Below are positions 38,563 through 50,945 of a DNA stretch of 64,000 nucleotides, piece by piece. The position numbers and the translations under genes are program-made. Under the pieces are notes generated by a model. It saw nothing but the letters and a program-made list of their open reading frames with translations. It had not been told where the DNA came from and did not search any database. Position 1 is the first letter of the stretch. Each line of letters opens with the position of its first letter. Location of the stretch: NCBI GenBank assembly GCA_964016885.1, contig OZ024758.1, positions 17,236,001 through 17,300,000 of the forward strand, given 5' to 3'. The DNA is from Eledone cirrhosa (Eukaryota).

Positions 38563-38929
38563 AATCTTTTCATATATATGTGTAGTGACCTACATTCTGC
38601 GGGCTCACATACATTCTCTGTGCGTGATTTGGCTCAGCTCAGCCAATCAACGCCAGTAGAAGAGGATGTAACCCTACGCGCCCTGAGTGAGAAATTCCCC
38701 GCGAAGATTTGAAGAAACCCGGAACTTCGAACCAGCAACACGTACAACATGTTACGGTGAGATTTTGCACTTTGGCCTGCCGGCTTTCCGGCACAATGAC
38801 ACATTCCCTTTTGTAACCTTATTTTATGTGTAACTTCAACCATACAACTACGCTGCTAAATATGTAAATATATATATATGTATGTATACAATATATAACA
38901 AATGGAAACTATATTTATAAAACCATATT

Positions 38930-38994
38930 TATTTCATTATACATATTTCAAGGACACCAAAGCAAATTATAGTGCTCTTTCATCAGATAAAATA
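38930..38994 (-). ncRNA. Candidate minimal hammerhead ribozyme
   Basis: Minus strand reads TATTTTAT-CTGATGA-AAGAGCACTA..TGGTGTCCTT-GAAA-TATGTA-TA-ATGAAATA; 8-bp stem I, pairable stem II, short stem III. Confidence 0.55.
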
Positions 38995-39394
38995 TAATAT
39001 AGATCAGTTTTATAAACAAATATTGACATACCCTTAAAGAATCCGACCATGTCGGTTGGAAGCTCCAAAAATTTGTTGAGTGCTTTATATCAGTTATAAA
39101 AATATTTGCTTGTTGTATCCCAACAAATTAAATATAACTTCTACATATATATGTATATGTATGTGTGTGTATACATATATATAATAATAATAATAATGAA
39201 ATGAAGCTATTGAATAGGACCGACACACCTTAGGTCGTTTTCCCATTCACTCCATAATTTAATTAAGTCAGCATCATTACGACACCAACCCAACAAAATT
39301 ACAGAGTATAGTTATGCATTGAATAGTGAGAAAAATAATTTCATGTGGGTAAAAAATTTGATTTCCCTGCTCCTGACCAATGCATTAGTTTGTA

Positions 39395-39428
<34 letters not shown>

Positions 39429-39431
<3 letters not shown>

Positions 39432-40726
39432 GATGTAGACGATATTTGTTCGCAATTTTCAACTGCTAATTTTATGCTAATTTTTTTTACTTCCATTGTC
39501 ACTCTTGTCTTCATAAAAACAGTGACTATATTTCCATTATTTATTTTCAGAATAATTGATTATGAATAATTTTGAATCTCCAAATTTGTGGAAGAGACAC
39601 GGAGTTCTTGTTAGAATCTGCGCCGGGAGGACAAATAAGGAAATTTCAGACTTTCTCAGTGTCAGCAGGAGAATGGTGGAAAAGGTCAGAAAGGAATTGA
39701 AAGATTCAGGATTCGACTACGAAGCAACATCAGAGAGGAAAACACATGATCGACGATCTGACGCCTTCAGAATGCCCGAGTTCATCGCTAAGTTCAGGAT
39801 ATCATCAACAATGACCCTAGCAAGTCGATGCATGCCATTGCAAGGTAGAGAGGCGTGGATGAAAAGCTCATTAGGCTGGTGGTACATGAAGACATTCGCT
39901 ACGTTTCATACAAGATGAGGAAAGGACAATTTCTGTCAAAGGCGATGCAAGAAAAGCGACTGAAGCATGCAAAGAAGCTGATCAACAAGTTGAAACACCC
40001 ACTGGCGCCAGACATGCTGTGGTTTTTCTCCGACGAGAAAAACTTCTGCCAAGACCAGAAAATCAACTCCCAGAACAACAGGTGGCTCGCTGTCTCATCC
40101 AAAAGCGTGACCAGAGTCATGCAGACAAAGTTATCAGCGACAACATTGGTCTTAGGTGTCGTTAGTAGTCAAAGTGACGTCATGCCACCTCACTTCTTCC
40201 CTGAGGGCCTCAAGTTGAACACCGATGGCTACATCCGCGTTCTGAGCAAGGTAGTAAAACCCTGGATCGACCAGGTAGCTGCACGTAGGCCATACGTGTG
40301 GCAGCAAGACTCAGCGCCCTGCCATACCAGCCGAAAGACCCAAGCCTGGCTGTCAGAGAACTTCGTCGACCAGACTTCACCTGACATCTGGCCTCCAAGC
40401 TCGCCTGACTGCAACCCCCTCGACTTCTTTGTGTGGGGCGCAGTAGAACGAGACACCAACAGACCTAGCTGCAATATGAAAGACGATCTGAAGGCCAGGA
40501 TCACAAGTGCCTTTAAGTCGGGGCACAGTGACGAAGGCCTGTAGCCGGTTCCGAGGCCGCCTTGATGCCGTCATCAAAGCCAATGGCAGGTTTATCGAGT
40601 GAGATCGAAAGAACAACTCATGAAGACAAACTGACACAAGTTTGATAAATATATCTTAAAAAATAAAACTACTGTGTTATTTTTTCCTAGACAGTAATCT
40701 TGCAAACAAATATCGTCCGCACCCTG
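39429..40726 (+). mobile_element. Tc1/mariner superfamily DNA transposon, maT (DD37D) family, 1298 bp
   Basis: TIRs CAGGATGTAGACGATATTTGTTCGCAA / TTGCAAACAAATATCGTCCGCACCCTG, TA on both sides, inserted in (TA)n. Confidence 0.93.
39562..40602 (+). pseudogene. DD37D transposase, frameshifted
   Basis: HTH-like N-terminus (RTNKEISDFLSVSRRMVEKVRK), FSDEKNF, QQDSAPCH and SPDCNPLD, with 37 residues between D2 and D3. Frameshift plus stop near 39790-39848 and a frameshift near 40520; the ..RLDAVIKANGRFIE* end lies in another frame. Confidence 0.9.
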
Positions 40727-40736
40727 TATATATATA

Positions 40737-40771
<35 letters not shown>

Positions 40772-41011
40772 AGCAAAAGGGATATTCAATTTGTTGGTAA
40801 TTCAACAAATATAAATGTTTATAACTGATTCAAATCACTCGACAGATTTTCTGGATTATAATATTCAATGATATTTTAAATAAATGGAAACTATATTTAT
40901 AAAACCATATCATAACCAGAAAAAAATACCTTAACGGTTCACTATCCAGAAAAACTTGAACCGTTAAGGTATTTTTTTCTGGTTATGTCAATGTTTATAA
41001 AACAAACTTTG

Positions 41012-41072
41012 TATTTTATCTGATGAGAGCGTACCAAAGTTTTGGTACCCATGAAATATATATAATAGATTA
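41012..41072 (+). ncRNA. Candidate minimal hammerhead ribozyme (homolog of 38930-38994)
   Basis: TATTTTAT-CTGATGA-gagc GTACCAA agtt TTGGTAC ccat-GAAA-TATATA-TA-ATAGATTA; palindromic stem III. Confidence 0.5.
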
Positions 41073-41148
41073 AATATAGTTTTATAAATATAGTTTCCAT
41101 TTATTTAATATCATTGAATGTATATATATATATATATATATATATAAA

Positions 41149-41317
41149 CCGAATTTCCTGGCGTCGAAGACTCTACTTTTTTCATAAAATAAGTCTCAGA
41201 AATTTACCATGCGTCCTGAAAGTCAAAGGTTGTTCATTATTTTTTCTATCAATTTTTGGTTGTTAAAATTAGGGTGCATCCTTGAGGACGAAGCGTCTTT
41301 GGCACCGGGAGATACGG
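41149..41317. mobile_element. pogo/Tc2-like MITE
   Basis: Imperfect TIRs CCGAATTTCCTGGCGTCGAAGAC / GTCTTTGGCACCGGGAGATACGG within (TA)n. Confidence 0.65.
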
Positions 41318-42659
41318 TGTATATATATAACCACTCAAATCCTTTAATTTATTTTAATTATTTGGAAGCCTGACAATGCATGTGAGATTATAAGTGCCAA
41401 GGTAATAAGAATTAGAGGAAATAGGACAAAAGAATTGAGGAAAGTGTGACAACGGTAGAATTTAACCTTAGCCATTTTAATGATCCAAAATATTTTTGGA
41501 TTTACCATTCATTATCGAGGGGCCGTTGGGGTGTCAGAGAGAGAGAGAGCAACCAGATATTCCCCTCAAAATAAATTATAATTTTCAACTATGTAACTTA
41601 TTACAGAGAGAGAGAGAGAGAACATCTGTATTTGCCAAAGCATTTGTAATCATTTATTAGTTTAATTTTCAGGAAATTACCAGATCTTGGAGAAAATTAA
41701 TTTTCCTTTATCTGACATGTGTCTGCCTGACATGTTGAGCTTGAATTACCATAAGCCTAATATAACTTAGGATCCTGTCAATGAATTAATGAATCAGATT
41801 TTACAAAATGTGTTTTTTATGGGGAGTTTTACAATCTGACATAATTTAATCCATTTGCGTAGTTTGAAAGATAATTTTATTTCAAATGTTTACCGATCTG
41901 ATGAACAAGTAGGTCTAAAAGTTGTGAATTTTTGAATTTTAATGATATTCACTGCTTATCCTGATTCCATATATTTTCTGATATGTACATCAATTTTAGA
42001 AAGTATAGATATGGAGTTTGGGACTAGCTGTTGAAATGGCAGGAGCTCACCTGTCTGGGTCCTGACTCCTTCATATTATCACATTCTATTACCCCAAGTA
42101 TTGCGTACTCTGGTGAGTAACGGTCTAACAGGTTTTTACTGCATCCATCCTGATATATATATATATTTATTAAAATAACAGATTAAAGTTTAAGCAAAGA
42201 ATCGCTGCTTTCACCCTTAATGGGATAGTAATAATAATAAATGTGAAGACTAAAATCCAAAGAGGGTTCGATAAGGATAAATATATATAAAATATATAAG
42301 AACCCTAGAGCAAATATTTATTAAAATAACAGATTCAAGTTTAAGCAGCGAATTTTTTCTCAAACTTTAATCTGTTATTTTAATAAATATATATATATAT
42401 TTGTGTGTGAGGGTGTGTCTATACATATATATGCATGTGTGTATGTGTGTGTGTAGTAAAATTATGTAGTTGAATATTATAATTTATTTTTCTGGAATAA
42501 ATTTTTAGTTTAGACGAAAACCAAAAAACTGACTTGTGAAAATTATAATTCAAATATTAATTAAACATTATCAATTCTGGATGATAATGATAAAAACATT
42601 TTGAGTGCAAAAGATTAAACTTTTTATCATTGGATAAAGATATTTCAAATTTAGGTGCA

Positions 42660-42702
<43 letters not shown>

Positions 42703-42888
42703 GAAGGAAATGTGGTAAGGAACCAGATGGACCATAACACACCAAAGTACTCAATACTTAGGGTAGTAGAGTGGGTAATAGGAACAAGTATGACCCAGAC
42801 GGTAGAGCTCAAGCTGTTTCGACGGCTAATTCAGTCCAGAATTAGTCATCGAAACAGCTTGAGCTCTGCCGTCGGGGTCATACTTGTT

Positions 42889-42936
<48 letters not shown>

Positions 42937-45900
42937 TATATAACCACTCAAATCATTTAATTTATTTTAATTATTTGGAAGCCTGACAATTTAGGTGCAG
43001 TAAATATTTCAGAATAGTCAAAAATGTTTTAAATTTGAATAAAACCTGAATGACCATACATTGAAGGTTAAGCAAGTAATACCATCTGATGCCTGTACCT
43101 GTATATTTATAGTCCTAATGAGTTAGTCTTAGATATTTAACACCTTAGTTATCAATCTGGCCAAAACTGGCTCTAGTTTTATTAAATAAAACCACTCATC
43201 TTAAAAGTTTCCAATTTAAATAAAAGATCTTCCAGTATAAATTTATATAAGAACCTTACATTAAGTTACTCACTTAGTAATGAAATAATTAGTTATTTTT
43301 GTAAATCCCTCAAAATTCTTCTGAATAATTCAACTATATGGATTGTGATGCTATCTCTTACCTCTATATATATTCATGAAAGGAGACATTTGGTTTTGTC
43401 AGTGCTGGAATGATGTGAGACAACAAACAACCACATGGACTTCAAATAGTGTGGAAGATCACACACAAAGATTACGAGCACTGACCTTATTTCTCAAGTT
43501 AATTAATCAGTTCCTCTTGAACCTTATGGAGCATTGAGTGAGGAGAAACCTACACCCAGCATGGCTGCAAGTTCTGTCATGAGGATGCTCCCAGACTAAA
43601 CCAGGTAAGACCAGGATCATATCTGCCAGGTGCTTTTCTACAGTCCTCAATTAGATCTTGGCAGGTTGACCTCACCTCCTATCCCCCCCTGAATTTTAGA
43701 AGACCTGACTTCCCACGGGTACAAGCCGAAGCTGAAGCATATAGACAATATGCCACAACCACCACCTTCCCACTGCAAAGTGGTTGTGGAGGTGTCACGA
43801 CAAAAAAGCACCCAGCCCACAATGAAAAGTGGTCGTGTAGGTACCATGGTAAATAAGCACCCAGCACTTACTGTAAATGAGGTTGGTGTTAGGAAGGGCA
43901 TCCATCTGTAGAAACCGAGCCAAAATCAGTTCCCATATGAGCAAGACATGGTCACCTGACCTGGCGCTGCCAACAACAGGACAACCCGTCCAACCCATGC
44001 TAGTGTGAAAGAATAGATGTCAAACGGTGATGATGATGTAAAAAAAAGAATTCACTAGTCTCTTCATGCTCCCAAGCCAAGCCAGGTGAGTCTCATATTT
44101 GCCAGGTGCTTCTCACAGTCCTCAACTAGATCTTGGCAGGTTGACCTCACCTCCTATGTCCTCTGAATTTTAGTTCCCATTCAAGGAAAGCTTTCACTAA
44201 TCTCTTTATGGATATGTGTAACATGTAGCTTAGCATCTTCCTAAAACTAATTAATAACAGAAGCAACAAATATAGTAAAGAAAACTATAGAAATATGTTT
44301 GGTTTAGTGTTTTTTCCAAAGGGCAGAATATATATAGCATATATGATGGGATACAACAGAGGATCTAACCTCAGTCTATACGTAATATCTGCTATTATAT
44401 TAAAGTGTTATACTAAAGAACAATAAGAATGGAAAATGAAAAATATATAAATAGCATAAAATAAATCATATAACAATAATAAAGAAGTATAGATTTGTCT
44501 CAGCTTAAATATAATAAATTTACGCACAATAGGTTTTGATTACACTTGTTTGTTTTTTGTATTTTTCATTTTAAAGTGATTTAACAGGAATCAATAGTGT
44601 ATTGCATAAAGGGAAATGACAAAGTGTTTGGAGAGTTACAATTAGCAACAGGCTTGGAACTTACAGAGTGGTGAATATTCCTTCAACTCTTCCACCAAGA
44701 TAGTCATAAATATGGCTTTCTAGATTGTATAGAGAAAATCAATATTGGAGGGAGAAAATCATTTTGTATTTTTGAATATTTTAAGAGAATTTTGCGTTAT
44801 AAAACGTGTTTAATTCTTCTTCACATTTTTCTTTTTCTATATTTTCAGGGAAGAAGATATTTTGTCAAATAGAATAATAAAACAAGCGAAAAAGAAAGAA
44901 AAGAATGAGGTGGGTGAAGTTAAGGGTTTATTATATATGTGTATGTATGTATAGATTATTTCAGTGGAGTATTGCTGGAGTTAGGGTTGGGGTTTGTGTT
45001 TGAATGTTAATGGGAAATCTTCTGGTTTCATATCACTTTATCTCTATGCCGAAAATAAAAGATAATAGGAGTGAGGAAAAACAAGAATTTTAAATGAAGC
45101 AAAGAAAGAATGAAAAGAAAAGACAAGATTATGTTGGCTGTAAACAAATAGATTTTGTTAAGGTGTTGTGCCATTCATCATTTTTGCCTTCATCATAATC
45201 ATTATTATTGTCATCACCCCGGGTTATCAAAAAACTGAAGCATCTCTATGTAAATGAAGAACAAAGCTTTCAAAGCCTTAACATTATTGCTTTCTGACCT
45301 AAGCTGATTATATTTTGTTGCCATAAAAATTACAAAAAGAAAACAGTTAAAAATTCATAAGACAGTAAAAAATCTCTTCTCCCTTATTCCAAATGTAGCC
45401 ATGCATCAGAATTACTTGTAAAATACACCACTACCATATATGGGATTGAGATTTATTTTGTTTTATTTAACATGCAAAGTGCCATCTTCTACCATCCTAG
45501 CTATATACTTTAAATCTCTTAACCATTTCATTATCATATTTCTAATGAAAGGGCATAGCCTCTGATTATAAAATAATTTTCAAAATCTTCAAGATTTGTT
45601 AATATATAACTAATTTTTTCATCATTAAACTGGAGTTTAGAGCATAATTATGATGGAAGGTTTTTAGATAAATATAAATTAAACATTTCAAACGAGATGA
45701 CACTGAATCAGGAGTTCTGGCCTTATGCTGTACTACAGATGTCCCACCTTCCCATATGTAGAAGAGGAAAAAACCTATAAAGAACACTAGCTTTCAATTA
45801 GCATTTCTCTGCCCCTCTCCATTCACCTTTCCTAGTTTTAATACTCTTGTCCTCACTGACTAAATAACTCACTCACCTCATCCATGCCCAATTTTCACAC

Positions 45901-47856
45901 TCCATCCCCTCCCATCTCCGGTCATACTCAACCCCTACATACAAACATGGAAAGCAGGACATGCTTCAAAACTGCTCTCCCTCATATAATGTTACTACCA
46001 TCACAAAAAAGCACCTTCTCAGACCATAGACATTGGAGAAATCTCATCTTGCTTATACATTCTATATTATATATAGTTTCTCTGGCTGGATGCCCTTCCT
46101 AATATCCCCCCGTGTGGTCCCTCAAGGATGTAGGTGCGGTCTTCTCCATTAAATGGAAAATCCTCAAAAAATCAAGTCCTTATTTAAATGGTAATAAGAC
46201 ATGTAAATTGTGCAACAATGAAAGATGGAATATTTTATGATGACTGCATTCTCCGAAAACATACCTTAATACAGGGGCAGAAGTTTTTCAACCACTGCTC
46301 CCTTGTGCTGAAATAAATTCTACATAATTTGAAGAACCCCTGATAACACTAGGACTGCCACAATCCCTAACCTAGAGCCAATCCCCGCCCTTCAGCAGCA
46401 TCATCATTTAACGCCTATCTTCCATGCTGACATGGGTTAGACAGGAAGTGTCCCACTTGAGGCAAGATTGATCGGGTGACTGTGTCTCGCTCGTATATGA
46501 CTGTATCTTTCAGGTTTTCTACAGCTGGATGCCCTTCCTAACACCAGAGAGCCTTTTTACCATGTCTCCTACACGACCACTTTACAGTGTGGACTGGGTG
46601 TTTTTTGTTGTTGTGACACCTACAAGACCTCTTTAGTTTGGACTGGATGTTGTGGTACCAACATAACTTTACAGAAAAAGGGTAGTGTTGGTTGGAGTGG
46701 GAGGATGGAGTAGGGGTAGTGCGTTGGGTGTATATATGTCTACATAAATGTGTGTGTGTGTGTGTAATTTCTATTCCAGCTTTAATGTCATTTGTATTAA
46801 AATGTATTTTATATTTTCCTTTTCTAATGTGATTCATTCCATCATGATTCAACAAATGACATAGCTGATGATGATGATGATAGCAACGATGATGATGATG
46901 ATGACAACAATGATGACAACAACGAGGAGAAGATGGAAAAAGAGAGGATGATGATAATGAGGAAGAGGGGGGGGGAGAAATAATAGAGAAGAGGGGGGAG
47001 GAAACGAAAACTCATTACCTGAATAATGAAGATAGCGGTGGAGAGGAGAGGAGGTATGGGACAAGAGGTAGTTCCAGTGTCACACACACATCATGATTAA
47101 TGGATAGATATTTATTCATTTATACATATCAGAGTCAGAATTGGTTAAGTTTGATGGCCCTATTGTATATTTACTCATTGCTTAGATGGATAAGATGAAA
47201 TAGCTAAAAACAATTTTTTTTACCCTTTTTTCTTAATTTTTTTAATACTTTTATTTTCAGTTCCACTAAAAGCAAAGGCTATATTGCTGTATCTTATGGT
47301 GAATACTTTCCTTTCTTCCCCAGAATGGATTGGTTTGATGGGCTTATTGTGTATTACTCTTTGATACTCTTGTTAATTCTTCAATACTTTGTCGGATGAA
47401 ATAGATAAAGCTTTTTATATTTTTTATCTTTTTCTGATATATATTTCCTAAAAGGACATTTTTATGAAGCTGTTCTGTTAAAAGCTATGTTATATTCATC
47501 ATCAGCTACAGGAATATAACTGCTACTTTCTTCCAGCTCAAATGATGTCACAGTATGTTTCTCCTTTTCACATACACAGATGAAGAAATACAAGCCCCCA
47601 AATACTAGATACATCTTGTATAAGAGACATGTTGTTACACAGCTTCTAATCTTATATTCCCCCATATGAAATATGTTTAAAATATCTGAGTTGTTAACTC
47701 ACGCACCTCTTAAAAATATCTTTATTTCACTTCGATATTTTTAAAGAAATTAATTTAGTGAATTATTCTATATTTTCATTTCTTATAGAAAATATTTTCC
47801 CCAAAGAATGAGTAGTACACTCTATGGGGATTTCTTGCAAATATTCTTAAGTCAGT

Positions 47857-48712
47857 ATCATCATCATCACTACTTAATGTCCATTTTGCCATGCTGGCAT
47901 GGATTGGATGAGTTATCCTGTTATGAGCTATGCCAAGTCAGGGACCATGTGTTGCTCATACAGAACTGATTTTGGCTTGGTTTCTACAGCTGGATGCCCA
48001 TCCTAGCATCAAACTTCCTTTCAGTGAGTGCTGGATTTTTTTGTCATGACACCAGCATGCTGCGCACTTTACATTGTGGACTGGGTGCTTTTTGCTGTGT
48101 CTCCTACATGACCATTTTACAGTGAGCACTGTGTCCTTTTGTCATGACACCCACACGACCACCTTACAGTGTGTGCTGGGTACTTTTTGTCATGATACCT
48201 ATACGACCACCTTACAGTGTATGCTGAGTGCTTTTTGTCGTGATACCTACTCAACCACTTTACAGTATTTGCTGGGTACTTTTTGTTGTGACATATACAT
48301 GACAACTTTACACTGAGTACTAGGTACTTCTGTCAATGACACCCACATGACCACCTTACAGTGTGGACTGGGTGATTTTGTCATGACACCTACACAACCA
48401 ATTTACAGTGTGGACTGGGTGATTTTGTCATGACACCTACACAACCACTTTCCAGTATGGACTGGGTGATTTTGTCATGACACCTACACGACCACTTTAC
48501 AGTATGGACTGGGTGATTTTGTCATGACGCCTACATGACCACTTTACAGTGTGGACTGGGTGATTTTGTCCTGACACCTACACAACCACTTTCCAGTATG
48601 GACTGGGTGATTTTGTCATGACACCTACACGACCACTTTACAGTATGGACTGGGTGATTTTGTCATGACGCCTACATGACCACTTTACAGTATGGACAGG
48701 GTGATTTTTGTC
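47857..48712 (-). mobile_element. RTE 3' UTR-related element with ~13 copies of a 47-bp minisatellite
   Basis: Unit GACTGGGTGATTTTGTCATGACACCTACACGACCACTTTACAGTATG; period from 48601 to 48648. Confidence 0.85.
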
Positions 48713-49689
48713 GAATGGAAAATAGAACTACAGTGCTACCACTTGGTTGGGTCAGGTTTTGCGGAAGGATCAGAGTGACTGGATGAGTGGAGTGATGGAT
48801 ATGAATGTCGGAGGCAAAAAAGGAAAAGGATAATGAATGAGGAGGAAATGTAGGCTAAGAGATTGTTAAGAGGGGGGGGGGGGGGGGGATGCCGACATAA
48901 AAAGCAATATATAGAAGCTTCACATAACGTTCCCTACCCCTCTGTGAGGATAACCCCTGCTTTGGGATGATGATTTCCTTCAAATGAAACAGTTCTAGTC
49001 CCGTAGAAGCCATTTCTATATTAAATGTTGATATATATATATATATACATACAAACATATAAATAATTTATATATATATATACACATATATAAGTTTATA
49101 TATAAGTTTATATATATATACAAACATATATATAGGTTTATATATATATACAAACATATATATAGGTTTATATATATATATATATGAACAAATCATTGAC
49201 AGCAACAGGTTCAGCAGCTAAATCTTAAAATTTACTTTAGAGAATGTGATTCTCAAACTAATTGGTTTAGCATTAAACACAAACCCAAAATGAGCCATTG
49301 TGATAATAAATTTGATGTGCCATGAGAAAATTACACTTAATGACTCCTTTGCTGGTCTTCAGATCTGGCATGGTTGCAATCAAGCTGAAACTTTCCTGAT
49401 TAAATGTTCTAGGCTTATGTTTAGGGAATTAATGAGAATTCTAGAACTGCAGATAACATTAAGGAATGGATGATGACATCAAGAATGAAGTCAATCTAAG
49501 TTTCTTATTATATAGCCATTTAACATTTTCAGGGATTTTACACAAGCTGAACTCTGGTTACATCTTACATCAATGTAATAATCTTAGAATTAATTAACTA
49601 GCAGGCTTTGTTAACTTTCTGTTTTTGATCATGGCTAATTTTGTGGGTGTTATCAAAGCTATACACACATACACTCATATACATATATA

Positions 49690-50012
49690 TGTGAAGGCAC
49701 ATAGCTTAGTAGTTAGAGCGTTGGGCTTGTAATTGTGAGGTGGTGAGTTTGATACCCAGATGATGTGATGTGTTTTGTCCTTGAGCAAGACACTTTATTT
49801 CATGTTGATCTAGTTTACTCAACAGTTGAAATAAATTGCAACATCACAGGTGCCCAGATGTATTGGACATTTCCTTTCCCTTGCTCAATATCGGTGTAGA
49901 GGGGAGACTGGTATGCATGGGAAACTTATGGTCTTCCACAAACAACCTTGCTTGGTCTTGTGCCTCAGAACAGAACTTTCTACATGCAAATATTACCATA
50001 CTTCTAATGACA
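49690..50012 (+). mobile_element. tRNA/CORE SINE with a different (non-RTE) 3' part
   Basis: Same head and CORE segment as 13462 but continues TTGCAACATCACAGGTGCC... Related partial copies lie at 54470-54712 (-) and 60120-60310 (-). Confidence 0.7.
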
Positions 50013-50074
50013 GACACTGCCTGTAGTTTTCTAAATATTTTGAAAATAATCAAGAATTTTATGGGATTTAATAA

Positions 50075-50560
50075 TAATCATCATCATCACCGTTTTATGT
50101 CAATGTTTCCACGCTAGCATGGCTTAAACAGGTTGTCCTGTTGTGGGCAATGCCAGGTCAGCTGACCATGTCTTGCTCATACAGGACTGATTTTGGCTCG
50201 GTCTCTACAGCTGGATGCCCTTCCTAACACCAACCTCGTTTACAGCGAGTACTGGGTGCTTTTTTACCGTGGTGCCTACATGACCAATTTACAGTGTGGA
50301 CAGAGTGCCTTTTATCATGGCACCTACATGACCACTTTACAGTGTGGACTGGGTGCTTTTTGTCCTGACACCTACATGACCACTTTACAGTGTGGACTGG
50401 GTGCTTTATGTCATGGCACCTACATGACCATTTACAGTGTGGACTGGGTGCTTTATGTCATGGCACCTACATGACCATTTACAGTGTGGACTGGGTGCTT
50501 TTTGTCATGGCACCTACACAACCACTTTACAGTGTGGACTGGGTGATTTTTGCTGTGATA
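50075..50560 (-). mobile_element. RTE 3' UTR-related element with a ~47-bp array
   Basis: Same motifs as 47857-48712. Confidence 0.8.
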
Positions 50561-50659
50561 ATATAACTAAGTATATGTTTAGGAACATTACAAATGATCT
50601 TACATAAAATTATGATGGAGTGTCTTCAGATAAATATAATCACTTTAAAATAAACAAGT

Positions 50660-50945
50660 TGCTATCAAAACAGTTAAAGCCTTTGCCATCTCTGAAAGAA
50701 AAACAAAATGTTTGAATCAATCCACTATATGGTGTATCTCAACAGATAGAAATTATCTAGGATGGTTCTTCCATCAATATTATATATTTGTGTTGGACTT
50801 AGGAGCATTGCAGGATTAACCACCAATCAATTCAGCAATTCTTTTATCAAGATTTTGAAATCAATGTTAATTAGAGTTATTGGCCAAAGATCTTCAATTA
50901 TTTCCATTTTCTCTCCTATTTTTTTCAACAATTTGCCAACTTCTA
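50660..50945 (-). pseudogene. Degenerate L1/Tx1-type reverse transcriptase fragment
   Basis: Manual translation LLKKIGEKMEIIEDLWPITLINIDFKILIKELLN*L..LLSPTQ....GRTILDN matches the RPITLLN.DYKIL.K.LANRL...Q...GR.I.DN pattern. Confidence 0.75.
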
